Below, in pieces: positions 10,321 to 20,211 of a stretch of 49,466 nucleotides of DNA. The DNA comes from Candidatus Thorarchaeota archaeon (GTDB taxonomy: Archaea > Asgardarchaeota > Thorarchaeia > Thorarchaeales > Thorarchaeaceae). The position numbers were made by a program, and so were the translations under genes. The stretch lies in the NCBI GenBank assembly GCA_048882045.1, contig JBHLRZ010000026.1:1-49466 (forward strand), given 5' to 3'. Each line of letters starts with the position of its first letter. Within the stretch, counting starts at the first letter, position 1. Under the pieces are notes generated by a model. That model made no database searches, was not told where the DNA came from, and saw only the letters and a program-made list of their open reading frames with translations.

Positions 10321-11787
10321 GTGAGTAGGTTAAAGTCATACTTTGGTCTCAGAGATGCAAAACCAGAGGTAGTCAGACTAGCGACTATCTACACATCGCT
10401 GTCACTACTCATGCAGATATCATTCGTAATATCAACGACCTTCTATTTGATTTTCATAGCAACAAGACTGGGACAAGGCAATTTCATCCTAGGGATGACC
10501 TTTGTTGGATTCTTGGTAATTATACAGATGGGTGTACAGACAATCTTTGATTATCCGACTGGAGTAATCGGAGACTGGTTGGGGCAACGATACATTCTTG
10601 CTACAGCCTTTATCACATACGCTGTCGCGTTCTATCTTGTTTCATTTGTAGTGAATGAGAGCCCATTCATTCTCTATGTCCTCATCTATGCATTGATGGG
10701 GTTCGCTGGTTCACAACAGAGTGGCGCAATGGGTGCATGGTTGGATAACAACTGGCGAGTGTCGATGCCAGATGATGATGAACGAAAGGAGTATGGTGTC
10801 TTCCTTGGAAAACTTGGTATGATGTTCTGGATGGTAAACACAATCACTCTCGTTCCAGGAAGTGTTCTTGCTGCTCTTCTAGGTAGAGAGTGGGTCTTCC
10901 AGCTTCAAGCATTCATGTGTATAATCATTGCTATTCTTTCTCTATATCTAGTCCGTAATCTCCCAGGAACAGACGAACTGGATCAGAAGAGACCCACTAT
11001 GGATGAATACTTCTCCTTGTTGAAAGAAGGGGTTCAATACCTGTTCAGTAGTGACTATGTCAAGTACCTGTTGATTGGTTCAATGTTGGTGAATAGTTGC
11101 ATCACAGTCTGGTCCAACCTAATTCTCTTTCCTATGTACTATAGCTATATGTTGACAGATGTAGCAGTGGCAAGCTTTCGAACCATTGTGATGATTCCCC
11201 TTGTCTTCTACTCTGAACGTTCGGGGGTTTGGGCAAAGAGGTATGAGCCGAATAAATGGATTCCACGGTTTAGATTTTTACAATCAGCTGGTGCGGTATT
11301 CTTTTGGATCTTTGCTGTGATTATGTTCATTTTCCCGGTACCTCCAGAAGATGCGCCTATGATTGATGTATTATGGCCAGGAACGGAGATTCTCCTTCTT
11401 AGAGTACCCATTGATTCTTTTATACCTGTCATACTCATGATAGTGGTCTTCTTTACGGTAGGAATATTCTTTCAGCTAGCTAATGTCCTCACTTCGAGAG
11501 TGTTCGTGGATGCAATACCGAACAGAGTCAGGAATGGAGTGTACTCACTTTTTCCCACGGTAGTATTCATTTTGGGAATGCCGCAAATAGCAATCTTTGG
11601 ATGGTTGATAACAATCTCGATCCCACTCACTCTCATATCGATTGGTATCATATCAACAGTGGGATGCCTGATGATAAGGAAGGGATTGCAGTATCCTCAT
11701 CCAAGAGAGCTGCAACAATTAGCTGAGGAATCTGCTACTGACGAATTTGTACTATATGATGAAGACTATGATAACCTGGAGTCTTAA
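10321..11787 (+). CDS. MFS transporter
   Basis: DYPTGVIGDWLGQR motif-A; ~12 hydrophobic helices; IPNRVRNGVYSL. Confidence 0.85.
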   Translation: MSRLKSYFGLRDAKPEVVRLATIYTSLSLLMQISFVISTTFYLIFIATRLGQGNFILGMTFVGFLVIIQMGVQTIFDYPTGVIGDWLGQRYILATAFITYAVAFYLVSFVVNESPFILYVLIYALMGFAGSQQSGAMGAWLDNNWRVSMPDDDERKEYGVFLGKLGMMFWMVNTITLVPGSVLAALLGREWVFQLQAFMCIIIAILSLYLVRNLPGTDELDQKRPTMDEYFSLLKEGVQYLFSSDYVKYLLIGSMLVNSCITVWSNLILFPMYYSYMLTDVAVASFRTIVMIPLVFYSERSGVWAKRYEPNKWIPRFRFLQSAGAVFFWIFAVIMFIFPVPPEDAPMIDVLWPGTEILLLRVPIDSFIPVILMIVVFFTVGIFFQLANVLTSRVFVDAIPNRVRNGVYSLFPTVVFILGMPQIAIFGWLITISIPLTLISIGIISTVGCLMIRKGLQYPHPRELQQLAEESATDEFVLYDEDYDNLES

Positions 11788-12266
11788 TCATTCTTCATGA
11801 ATTTAGTAGCTTCGCGATATCGAGTGTCTTTGACATAATCATAAGAAACAATCTTCTTCGGCGTTACATGAACTGCAACCCACTTTGCGAGTTTGAACAA
11901 TCCTTCGCGGTAGTCAAGTGCACGCTGACTGTCCATTCTTCGGTTGAATATCTTGAGAGCAATCTCATCCATGTTGTCTTCAGAAATCTCAGCCTCTCCA
12001 TAGATTAGAACTCCACGCGTGGGAGGACCCTCAGAATCTACAAGAACTGTGACTTTGTTATCTCGTTGTATATTCCTAAGTTTGACACTATGTTCAGGAG
12101 TGCCGAAAATCAGTTTTCCCCCCTCATAGCAGAACCAGACTGGCGAAGCATGTATTGAGCCATCCTTGTTGTGGCAACATACACGAGCTACAGTCACATA
12201 GTTGAGAAACTCCAAAACCTCATCTGTTGAAAGGGGTGGAGATTGAGTATAAGCCATTTTCCTCAC
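11784..12266 (-). CDS. pyridoxamine 5'-phosphate oxidase-like (PPOX, possibly F420-binding) split-barrel protein
   Basis: DGSIHASPVWF, KLRNIQRDNKVTVLVD, TPKKIVSYD patterns. Confidence 0.85.
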   Translation of the reverse strand: MRKMAYTQSPPLSTDEVLEFLNYVTVARVCCHNKDGSIHASPVWFCYEGGKLIFGTPEHSVKLRNIQRDNKVTVLVDSEGPPTRGVLIYGEAEISEDNMDEIALKIFNRRMDSQRALDYREGLFKLAKWVAVHVTPKKIVSYDYVKDTRYREATKFMKND

Positions 12267-12338
12267 ACACTCTTAGTTTGAGCTTTCTCAACGACATGAC
12301 TTGGCGAAGTATATGCGTTTTGGATAACGAAAAAAAGC

Positions 12339-13343
12339 CTAGAGATCCTTCTCGAGGGTGATCAGTCTACAAGCTAATTGAAATCCCACTTTTTGGTAGA
12401 GTCTTATTGCTCCTAGATTCTTTGCAGGAGTCCCGACAGCGGCATATTCACACCCGTGATTCCTAAGAGATATGAGGGACTCGGAGATGAGATACGAAGC
12501 AATGCCCCGTCTACGGTAGCTTGGAAGGACAGCCATCGGTCCAAGAACTCCAGTGAGTGGTTTGTATTTTGATTCGATTGCGAATGCACCTAGAAAACCT
12601 GCAGGCACTCCATCGACTACTGCAACTTTCCTGAACTCATCAGGAGAAGGGCCATAGAAGCCCTCTGCTATCCTCTGCATAAGGGAAGTGGCTTGAATAT
12701 ATTCTGTGACAGTCTTGTCGAAACCATGAATCTCCCTTTCTTCAGGAGTAGAGGTGAAAGATTTGACGGTGATACTGGCAAGGTCCTCATACGTGAAATT
12801 CTCTCCTGTTTCAATTGTGACATCAATAGGAGGTTCATTTGACTGAAACAAGTCATCAAGAGGCATGATCAAGTCGACAGAATCGGGTCTAGTCTTTTCA
12901 AACCCAAGATCCATGAAGCAAGAAGAAAGGTCTTCAATAGTGTCAGGGGAGTTGACAGGATGTTTTAGTAGATATCCTATCCTCTTGACTCCAATGGAGG
13001 CAAGGTGCTCCATTGCTCTTCTTAGTAGTGCCTTGCGAATTTCATCAGTATTGGACGAAATTACAACAGCTGGTTCCCATCGTCTGATCCGAGCCATGGG
13101 ATCGCTATATCTCAAACCAAGAATTCCAATAATCTTGTCGTAATTGGAGTATCGAGCAACAAGGAACAGATTGTCATGTTTTTCAAAATCGGAACGCATC
13201 TCATCGAGCTCTTCGTTCTTGTTAAAATCAAAGACCGGTGTTTCTCTGTACCAATAGTATTGTTGCATCGAGGAGTTCCATGCTTCGGAGTAAAGATTCC
13301 AATCTGATGCAAAGTCAACCTCAATCCTACCTTCATTGACCAT
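12339..13343 (-). CDS. tandem-domain GNAT acetyltransferase
   Basis: C-terminal AVLPSYRRRGIAS and NLGAIRLYQKVGF acetyl-CoA motifs; degenerate N-terminal GNAT repeat. Confidence 0.85.
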   Translation of the reverse strand: MVNEGRIEVDFASDWNLYSEAWNSSMQQYYWYRETPVFDFNKNEELDEMRSDFEKHDNLFLVARYSNYDKIIGILGLRYSDPMARIRRWEPAVVISSNTDEIRKALLRRAMEHLASIGVKRIGYLLKHPVNSPDTIEDLSSCFMDLGFEKTRPDSVDLIMPLDDLFQSNEPPIDVTIETGENFTYEDLASITVKSFTSTPEEREIHGFDKTVTEYIQATSLMQRIAEGFYGPSPDEFRKVAVVDGVPAGFLGAFAIESKYKPLTGVLGPMAVLPSYRRRGIASYLISESLISLRNHGCEYAAVGTPAKNLGAIRLYQKVGFQLACRLITLEKDL

Positions 13344-13431
13344 CTCGATTCGGTTTCAAGAGGTGTTCCAGAGCAAATAGAGATTACGTAAATCATATCT
13401 TGGTGTCCAGGTTGGAAACATTCTGATTAAA

Positions 13432-13710
13432 ATGAGAATAAAAGCTGTTCTTCGTGACTCAGAGATTCTTCAGATGGAAGCGGGTTCAGATGATAGGATT
13501 CTAGCAACAGCAAAGAAGAATATTGACCGCGTTGTCAATCTACCAAGTTTGATGAAAGTAATGGGTCTCTCTATGGATGATAGGTGTAGAATGCTCGATT
13601 CATTTCGAAATTCAGACATCCATATCTGGCTGTTGACTGAAGCTAATCAACATCTCATCTATTTCAACGAAAACAGAGAAGCTACGTTTGATGGATATCA
13701 GTGGCAGTAG
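13432..13710 (+). CDS. small hypothetical protein
   Basis: 92-aa ATG ORF with globular composition, divergent from the GNAT gene. Confidence 0.6.
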   Translation: MRIKAVLRDSEILQMEAGSDDRILATAKKNIDRVVNLPSLMKVMGLSMDDRCRMLDSFRNSDIHIWLLTEANQHLIYFNENREATFDGYQWQ

Positions 13711-13900
13711 TCGTCATATGTGGTACTAGTTCTTTGCACCTACGGTCCATACACATTGCACAAGCATCGTCGCAGTCTGGTTTTGTCCCATGTCTGAGAT
13801 GCTGAGCCATACAAACAAGTTCTGCAAGTTCCTTTCTCAGATCATTGATGCTCGTACCAGTCAAATTGGAAACGTATGTCTGCAAGAAGTCCAGCAACAC
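13682..13900 (-). CDS. putative small Cys-rich protein
   Basis: 72 aa with C-x3-C-x2-C-x4-C cluster; fills the gap downstream of the TPR gene; 29-nt tail overlap with the convergent gene. Confidence 0.4.
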   Translation of the reverse strand: MLLDFLQTYVSNLTGTSINDLRKELAELVCMAQHLRHGTKPDCDDACAMCMDRRCKELVPHMTTTATDIHQT

Positions 13901-14048
13901 CTACAATGGTAATTAAGAGCTCCAGTGAAATGACTTACTGCATAATAGCTAAGAAGCTCAGAGTAGTATCTAAAGAGATTCTGTGTGTAACCAAATCCAA
14001 TTTTTCTGATATAATAAATAGAAAAATATCCTCAATTATTGCGGATAA

Positions 14049-14783
14049 CTATGAGATGCTAATCATTGTATCGATTTTTGTAACAATCTCTTCAGGTATT
14101 GAAATGTTATGCGATTTAGCACTGTCAAAAACATACTGAATCTCCCCAGCAAGTCGACTCTTCTCATCCAGAAGTTCATGTTCAATTTTTGGTGTTATTT
14201 CAAGTGTTTCTTGTATATGTTTGATCAGCATAAGTTGCTCCACGAGATTGTCCAGTAGTTGAAACGTGGCTTCTTTGCTTTCTCTGTTGTCATCCAACTT
14301 CCCACTCAGCAATTCTTCAATCATGACAAGCGTATACCTCAATGCATCATAGGCATCAAGCTCCTTCGGGAAAAGTGCAGCATGAGTTTTAGCGAGATTG
14401 AGTGCTTCCTCGGTTCTCTCTTCTGAAAATAGGAGGTGGCAGAAATCATCCATGGCACAGTGGGATGACGGATTTCGAGACAAGTAGGTTCTGTAAAGAT
14501 TCTCAGCTTCTTCAGTTCTAAGAGACTGGTCAAGTAGGCGGCCTAGACTACAAAGCGCTTCCTCATGATTCGGATTAATCTCTAACACCAAACGGAATGT
14601 GATTTCTGCTTCGTCATCTTTGCAGAGCCGAGCCTGAATGATTCCAAGCTTTGTCAAGAGAGATGGATTGGTCGGGTCGTGAAGCAGTGCCTCTTTGACA
14701 AGCTTTTCTGCTTCGTGCTCTTGTTCATCTTGGCAGAGATTTGTAGCTCTGTTAAGAATATCTTCAGGTTCGCGATCCATCAC
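14049..14783 (-). CDS. tetratricopeptide repeat protein
   Basis: Repeats such as ALLHDPTNPSLLTKLG and VLEINPNHEEALCSLG; GGAGTGA SD upstream. Confidence 0.85.
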   Translation of the reverse strand: MMDREPEDILNRATNLCQDEQEHEAEKLVKEALLHDPTNPSLLTKLGIIQARLCKDDEAEITFRLVLEINPNHEEALCSLGRLLDQSLRTEEAENLYRTYLSRNPSSHCAMDDFCHLLFSEERTEEALNLAKTHAALFPKELDAYDALRYTLVMIEELLSGKLDDNRESKEATFQLLDNLVEQLMLIKHIQETLEITPKIEHELLDEKSRLAGEIQYVFDSAKSHNISIPEEIVTKIDTMISIS

Positions 14784-14867
14784 ATCTCACTCCTGATTGA
14801 CTGATATAGGCAATTATTGCAGACGCCTTTTTAAACAGAATTGGAGAGGACAAGATGGGTACCGAAG

Positions 14868-16304
14868 ATGCTCAAAGTATACAATACTCTGAATCGGATA
14901 AAAGAAGAATTCGTGCCGCTTGAAAAGAACCACGTGCGCATGTATGTGTGTGGCCCAACCGTATATGATTATCCGCATATTGGTAACGCCCGTTCCTTTT
15001 CCGTATTCGACACAATACGAAGGTATCTAGAGTACAGCGGATATCGTGTTACCTATACAACTAATTTCACTGATATAGATGACAAGATGATAAATCGTTC
15101 AAAGGAGATGGGTATCGAAGTGTCTGAACTTGCTTCTCGATACATTGGGGAGTATTACACTATTGCCAAACAGCTGAATCTAAAACCAGCGACCATCAAC
15201 CCACGAGCGACAGAACATATCAACGACATCATCGAGATGGTGGAGCTCATCATCAAGAATGGTATGGGATACGAAGTCAATGGTGATGTGTACTTCAGCG
15301 TTCCAGCTTTCGAACAGTATGGCAATCTGTCAAAAATCCCAATGGAAGAACTAGCAACTGGAGCAAGAGTCGAGGTTGGTGAAGATAAGAGAGATCCTAG
15401 AGACTTCGCTCTCTGGAAGGCTGAGAAACCCGGAGAATTGTCTTGGGAGAGTCCATGGGGCAAAGGTCGTCCAGGCTGGCATGCTGAATGTTCAGTCATG
15501 GGCAAGCACTATCTTGGTCTTCCATTTGACATTCATGGCGGCGGACAGGATCTCATATTCCCTCATCATGAGAATGAGATTGCACAATCTACCGCAGCCT
15601 ATGGTATCGAAACACCTGTGAAGTACTGGCTTCACAATGGATTCCTAACAATCGAGAGTGACAAAATGTCCAAGTCGGAAGGCAACTTCTCGACAGCTCG
15701 AGAGGTGCTTGACAACTATGACCATCAGGCTGTCCGACTGTACTTGGTGACTGCTCACTACAGACAACCACTGGATTATAATGACAAGGCTTTGAAGCAA
15801 GCTATACAGTCATTGGAGAGAATCAAGAACGCAGCTGATACAATGCGCGGAAGAATCTCAATTCTAGAGAAGATAGGTAGTCGTGAAACAGATGCCGACG
15901 AGAAACTTGCAGAAGCGTCGAAGAGATTCAGAGAATCATTCGAGAAAGAAATGGATGACGATTTCAACACTCCAGGCGCACTAGGCGAGGTCTTCACATT
16001 CATACGGGAGATCAATACTCTCACTAAAGATGTCGGTGGAGCAGCAGTGCTTCGTGAAGCATTAGCTGTGCTCATCGAGCTGGTCGAAATCCTTGGCGTT
16101 GATTTGAGTGAGGAATCACTGACCCAAGCTGATGGCAAGAGTGCTGAAGCTCTCAAGGGAGCGGTCGAATTTCTACTCGAACTCCGCGAGGAGGCAAGGA
16201 CGGCAAAGGATTTCGCTCTGTCGGACTCTATCAGAGACAGACTCAATCAACTAGGAATTGAGATCACAGACACCAAAGATGGTCCCACGTGGAAGATGAG
16301 TTAG
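14868..16304 (+). CDS. cysS: cysteine--tRNA ligase
   Basis: MYVCGPTVYDYPHIGNAR (HIGH), GRPGWHAECS, DIHGGGQDLIFPHHENEIAQ, KMSKS. Start placed at MLKVYNTL. Confidence 0.98.
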   Translation: MLKVYNTLNRIKEEFVPLEKNHVRMYVCGPTVYDYPHIGNARSFSVFDTIRRYLEYSGYRVTYTTNFTDIDDKMINRSKEMGIEVSELASRYIGEYYTIAKQLNLKPATINPRATEHINDIIEMVELIIKNGMGYEVNGDVYFSVPAFEQYGNLSKIPMEELATGARVEVGEDKRDPRDFALWKAEKPGELSWESPWGKGRPGWHAECSVMGKHYLGLPFDIHGGGQDLIFPHHENEIAQSTAAYGIETPVKYWLHNGFLTIESDKMSKSEGNFSTAREVLDNYDHQAVRLYLVTAHYRQPLDYNDKALKQAIQSLERIKNAADTMRGRISILEKIGSRETDADEKLAEASKRFRESFEKEMDDDFNTPGALGEVFTFIREINTLTKDVGGAAVLREALAVLIELVEILGVDLSEESLTQADGKSAEALKGAVEFLLELREEARTAKDFALSDSIRDRLNQLGIEITDTKDGPTWKMS

Positions 16305-16340
16305 CCAGACTCAACCATGTCATCAAATCAAAAATCTAAA

Positions 16341-16366
16341 CTGGAGAGTCGCTATAGACTCTCCAG
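16341..16366. terminator. perfect 10-bp hairpin downstream of cysS
   Basis: CTGGAGAGTC-GCTATA-GACTCTCCAG. Confidence 0.5.
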
Positions 16367-16416
16367 CCAAACCTCATTTCGTGTATATACTCAAAATGGT
16401 TCAACTTATTACTCGG

Positions 16417-17473
16417 ATGAAAAATATACTCGCCGAGGGGATTAGAACGTTGCGAACGAGGTTTGCAATCGCGATTCTGAGCGTTCTTGTTGCCATGACA
16501 TTTGTTGGTTACTGTTATAGCTGAAACAGACGATACAAAGACGATACTGATTGATTACTCTCATGGCCAAGACGATAGTGTCTATGGACGTGAGGTGTTC
16601 GATCCTCTTCTATTTGCCAACCTCACTGAGATGGGATATGAGGTCATCATCGCATACGGTGGTTTAAACGCATCAATTCTTGAGAATGTAGAAGGATTTC
16701 TCCTGGGATCAATAAGAGGACTTATGGACGGATTTCTAGAAGATGAGATAGCTGCAGTGGCTAATTGGTTCAATCAAGGGGATCGATTTCTTTGGGTAGC
16801 TTATGACTCCGATTATCCTCTTCCAGGAGGATCGTTCATCAATGGAAATTCGACACTAATTCTGGAGGCTGTTGGTTCCCACGTCTATGGGGAACATACC
16901 CATGTCTGGGATCTTGAAGAGAACTGCGGAGCGGAATATCGCCCCACTGCAACTATAACGAGTGACGACCCGCTTGTAGCTGATATCGTTGAAGGTGTGG
17001 ACGCAGTCTTGATGCATGGGCCTACTTGTCTGTATGGAAGTGATAGTGAAGAACCCAGCTCGATAGTAAATCCTGTTTTACTAGAAAATACAACAATCGA
17101 AAATGTGACACCATTCCTGTATTATAGCCCAACAGCATTCATTATGGATCAAGATGATCTTCCGCCTCTTGCCCACGAAAATTTTGATAATGGTTCTCTC
17201 GTTGCTTGCACAATTGAACTGAATGCAGGACTTGACAAGTCTGGTATCATTGTAGTATCCGGATTTTCTCCGTATGGCTCGTACTGTCCGATGTCAGCAG
17301 ATCACTACTATAACTGGACACTTAACGGTTATCGAATGATTTTGCAAGCTATAGAATTTGGGATGAACTATACACCTCCAATCTCAATCGAACTCCCAGT
17401 ACTCCTGGCTGGAATCGGCGTCGGTATAATATTCATTGTAATTGTGATCTTTGATTGGAAACGAGGTTCTTAG
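16417..17473 (+). pseudogene. exported, C-terminally anchored GATase-like (GIFT/DUF4350-like) protein with an apparent 1-nt frameshift in the signal peptide (pseudogene or sequencing error)
   Basis: Frame 1 from ATG 16417 gives MKNILAEGIRTLRTRFAIAILSVLVAMT then stops early. The main ORF at 16502 starts LLVTVIAETDDTKTILIDYSHGQ. Removing one T from TTT at 16501-16503 joins them. C-terminal TM + KR. Confidence 0.6.
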
Positions 17474-18852
17474 TGTACTTGGTTTTTCACATTGATAAGG
17501 AGACCAGGGTCATCAAGTACATAGACCTTGGGAGATGGATTCTCTTCAAGGAACCTATCCACGAGGTCTCTTAGAACCTTCTGTACCTCATCGGAACTCT
17601 GAACTGAGCAGCCCTCCATCCTATAGATGCTTCTCAACTCATCAGGATCAAGTCCACTTACGATCTTGATGTTACCTTCAGCTACATCCAAGAGAATCCT
17701 AAACAAATCCGGAGGTTTCTGGTTACCAATCTTGAAGGTTTCTTCAGAACCGTACTTCTCAATAACGAATCGGAGGGCATCCTGTACTTCAAGGTCCTTA
17801 GCAGCGTACATTGCCTCCTCATAACCAGCACTACCGATGCCATCCTCACAAGGAGCTAGTAGGACAATCCAACCCTTCTTGTCATGTCGCAGTGCGTTCC
17901 ATGCAGCGTGGATTCCTTTCCCAGCTTGATAGAGGTTGACACCAAGTTTACCAACTGAAACGAATGCTATGTCCGCAGGTTCATTTACATCAACCACTCT
18001 AAGGTCTCTCAGTGGAGCTGATGCAGCCTTATGGCATTCAATGATATCACCTGCTTGAAGATATACAACTTCACCGTGGTGAACAATTGTGTCAATACAG
18101 AAGATAGGAATCCTCTTCTTCATGATTGTCGTGATCTCTATCATGTCCTCAATGACCGGATTTCCATCACAATTTCCAAGTCGACATCCATCTACAAATC
18201 CCTTCTCAAGATCAAACATTCGCGGATGGTTGACACGGATAGTTTCACGACCAGCAACACCGGGACAAAACAATTTCACAGTACCTGCTTGACCCGCAAA
18301 ATAGTGGTACTCGCTGTCACTGAGTGGGAGGAGCAAACAGGAATCCAATACCTGCTGGTCAATAAGAATTGGTGTTCCACGTGTTGTTTCTCCAACATGG
18401 GTGTTGCCGCTGTCACAGTCGTGGGTCAGAACGTGATTTCCCCAGACCTTGTTGAGATCTGGGCCGAGTATACTGTCTTCTACTTCTTCTGGACTTGCAG
18501 GAACATGAGAACCACTCGAGATTATGATCCCAATGTCCTCCTTCTCAACACCAATGCTTAGCAATCGATCAGCTATAAGAGGGAGTAACTTCTTTGTATG
18601 GATATTGGGACGAGTCTTATCATCGACCATAAACAGAATCCGTTTCCCTTTCTCATACACGTCACCAACTAGCTCGTTGAAAGGTTTGGAGCCTATTGGC
18701 GAGTCGAGCACAGAGTATAGCTTCTTTTCAAAGTCTGTGAAGTCAGGAGTGAATTCAGCGACCTGGAGAATCCTTACATCTTCAATGTTCTTTGGAATGA
18801 AATTATCAATCTCATCGCCGCCATAATTCAAAGGAGTACTGTGATAGTCCAT
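17470..18852 (-). CDS. larA: LarA-family nickel-pincer racemase/epimerase
   Basis: DDKTRP, SGSH, HDCD, GETTRGTP, HYFAGQAGTVKLFCPG, NLYQAGKG, APCEDGIG motifs. Confidence 0.85.
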   Translation of the reverse strand: MDYHSTPLNYGGDEIDNFIPKNIEDVRILQVAEFTPDFTDFEKKLYSVLDSPIGSKPFNELVGDVYEKGKRILFMVDDKTRPNIHTKKLLPLIADRLLSIGVEKEDIGIIISSGSHVPASPEEVEDSILGPDLNKVWGNHVLTHDCDSGNTHVGETTRGTPILIDQQVLDSCLLLPLSDSEYHYFAGQAGTVKLFCPGVAGRETIRVNHPRMFDLEKGFVDGCRLGNCDGNPVIEDMIEITTIMKKRIPIFCIDTIVHHGEVVYLQAGDIIECHKAASAPLRDLRVVDVNEPADIAFVSVGKLGVNLYQAGKGIHAAWNALRHDKKGWIVLLAPCEDGIGSAGYEEAMYAAKDLEVQDALRFVIEKYGSEETFKIGNQKPPDLFRILLDVAEGNIKIVSGLDPDELRSIYRMEGCSVQSSDEVQKVLRDLVDRFLEENPSPKVYVLDDPGLLINVKNQVH

Positions 18853-18925
18853 GGTGTTCCCTAGCTTCGAGTATAGAGTTTTGCTTGTAATTATTCCGGT
18901 TTGTTGAAGTGGTCATGTGGGAACT

Positions 18926-18968
18926 CTTATAAGTTAGACAAAACTAAAACAGTTAGAATAGACTAACT
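18926..18968 (+). promoter_or_regulatory. TATA-like box followed by two tandem TTAG-N6-CTAA palindromes (DtxR/IdeR-type operator of the feo operon)
   Basis: CTTATAAG at 18926-18933; TTAG-ACAAAA-CTAA at 18934-18947; AGTTAG-AATAGA-CTAACT at 18951-18968. A DtxR-family gene ends the operon. Confidence 0.75.
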
Positions 18969-19003
18969 TTGTGATGCGTCTGTCACACGCTTGTTCATGA
19001 GCC

Positions 19004-19402
19004 ATGGAGGACTCAATAATGAACGAAAAAGGGACCTCTACAGAAATATCCACTCACACTCCACTCACTTCAGTGGGCAATGGAGTCATATGTAGACTTG
19101 TAGGGGTTTCTGAGGACAGAAGCCGAAGAATAAGGCACGGAAATCCGCGAAGGTTGTTTGCTGAATCTGGAAGGCAACACGGGAAATTCGAGAGGGGAAA
19201 GAAGAAGTTCGGGCATGATTATGGTAGACGACAAATAATGAAACGTCTACTGGATTTGGGTCTTACAAAGGGATGCAGCTTTAAGGTGATTCAGAGTCGA
19301 GGAAGAGGACCAGTTCTCGTAGAGGTGAGAGGGACGAGAATTGCATTGGGTTACGGGCTTGCAAGTCAGCTGATTGTGGAAGTGTTGGGGGGTACTAAAT
19401 GA
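19004..19402 (+). CDS. feoA: ferrous iron transport protein A (with basic insertion)
   Basis: RLLDLGLTKG...GPVLVEVRGTRIALGYGLA SH3-like FeoA signature. Confidence 0.9.
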   Translation: MEDSIMNEKGTSTEISTHTPLTSVGNGVICRLVGVSEDRSRRIRHGNPRRLFAESGRQHGKFERGKKKFGHDYGRRQIMKRLLDLGLTKGCSFKVIQSRGRGPVLVEVRGTRIALGYGLASQLIVEVLGGTK

Positions 19403-20211
19403 AAGTCCGTGTTGCGTTGATTGGTAATCCCAACGTGGGAAAATCAGTCATCTTCAACAGCCTGACCGGGATGAGACAACACACAGGCAATTGGCCTGGA
19501 AAAACTGTCGAGATGAAGGTCGGTCATTTTACCCATCATGGTATCGAGTTCGAAGTGATTGACCTACCTGGGGTTTACAGTCTAAGTGCGGTTTCGGAGG
19601 ATGAGAAAGTTGCACGGTCCTATATTGTCGATCATAGACCGGATGTGGTCGTTGATATAATCAATGCTTCCCAGATAGAGAGAAACCTGTACCTAACGCT
19701 CCTACTCATCGAGCTTCAGGTGAACCTTGTTGTGGCACTCAACATGTACGATATTGTCCAGTCAAGAGCAGATAGAATTGATCTTGAGGGGCTCTCTAGA
19801 CACCTGGATGCTCCAGTAGTAGCGACAACTGCTACTCGAAAGGAGGGTATTGAGGATTTGAAGGATGCCATTCTATCTGCAATACCAATAGACCTGAGAA
19901 AAGATGTAGAAGAGGGAGAGAGTACCATTCACACTGCTGGAGACCTCGATGACGGAAACCATCTACATTATCATCCAAGATTCCACCATCATGGTGAGTT
20001 CGAACGACTGAAGCCACCAGCAATCAAGTATAGCCCCAAAGTGGAGAGGAAATTAAAAGAACTCGTCTTGATAATGCAAGAGGAAAAAGAACTACTAGAT
20101 AGGTTTCCACCAAGATGGCTAGCATTGAAAGTCTTGGAGAGAGACCCAGAGATACTCGAACTGCTTGAAGGTTCATCGATTCATGAACGCGTCATGGAGG
20201 TGTCTCTGTGA
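19399..20211 (+). CDS. feoB: FeoB N-terminal GTPase/helical domain (split FeoB, part 1)
   Basis: GNPNVGKS, GNWPGKTVE, DLPGVYSL, ALNMYD; His-rich HLHYHPRFHHH insert. Confidence 0.92.
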   Translation: MKVRVALIGNPNVGKSVIFNSLTGMRQHTGNWPGKTVEMKVGHFTHHGIEFEVIDLPGVYSLSAVSEDEKVARSYIVDHRPDVVVDIINASQIERNLYLTLLLIELQVNLVVALNMYDIVQSRADRIDLEGLSRHLDAPVVATTATRKEGIEDLKDAILSAIPIDLRKDVEEGESTIHTAGDLDDGNHLHYHPRFHHHGEFERLKPPAIKYSPKVERKLKELVLIMQEEKELLDRFPPRWLALKVLERDPEILELLEGSSIHERVMEVSL

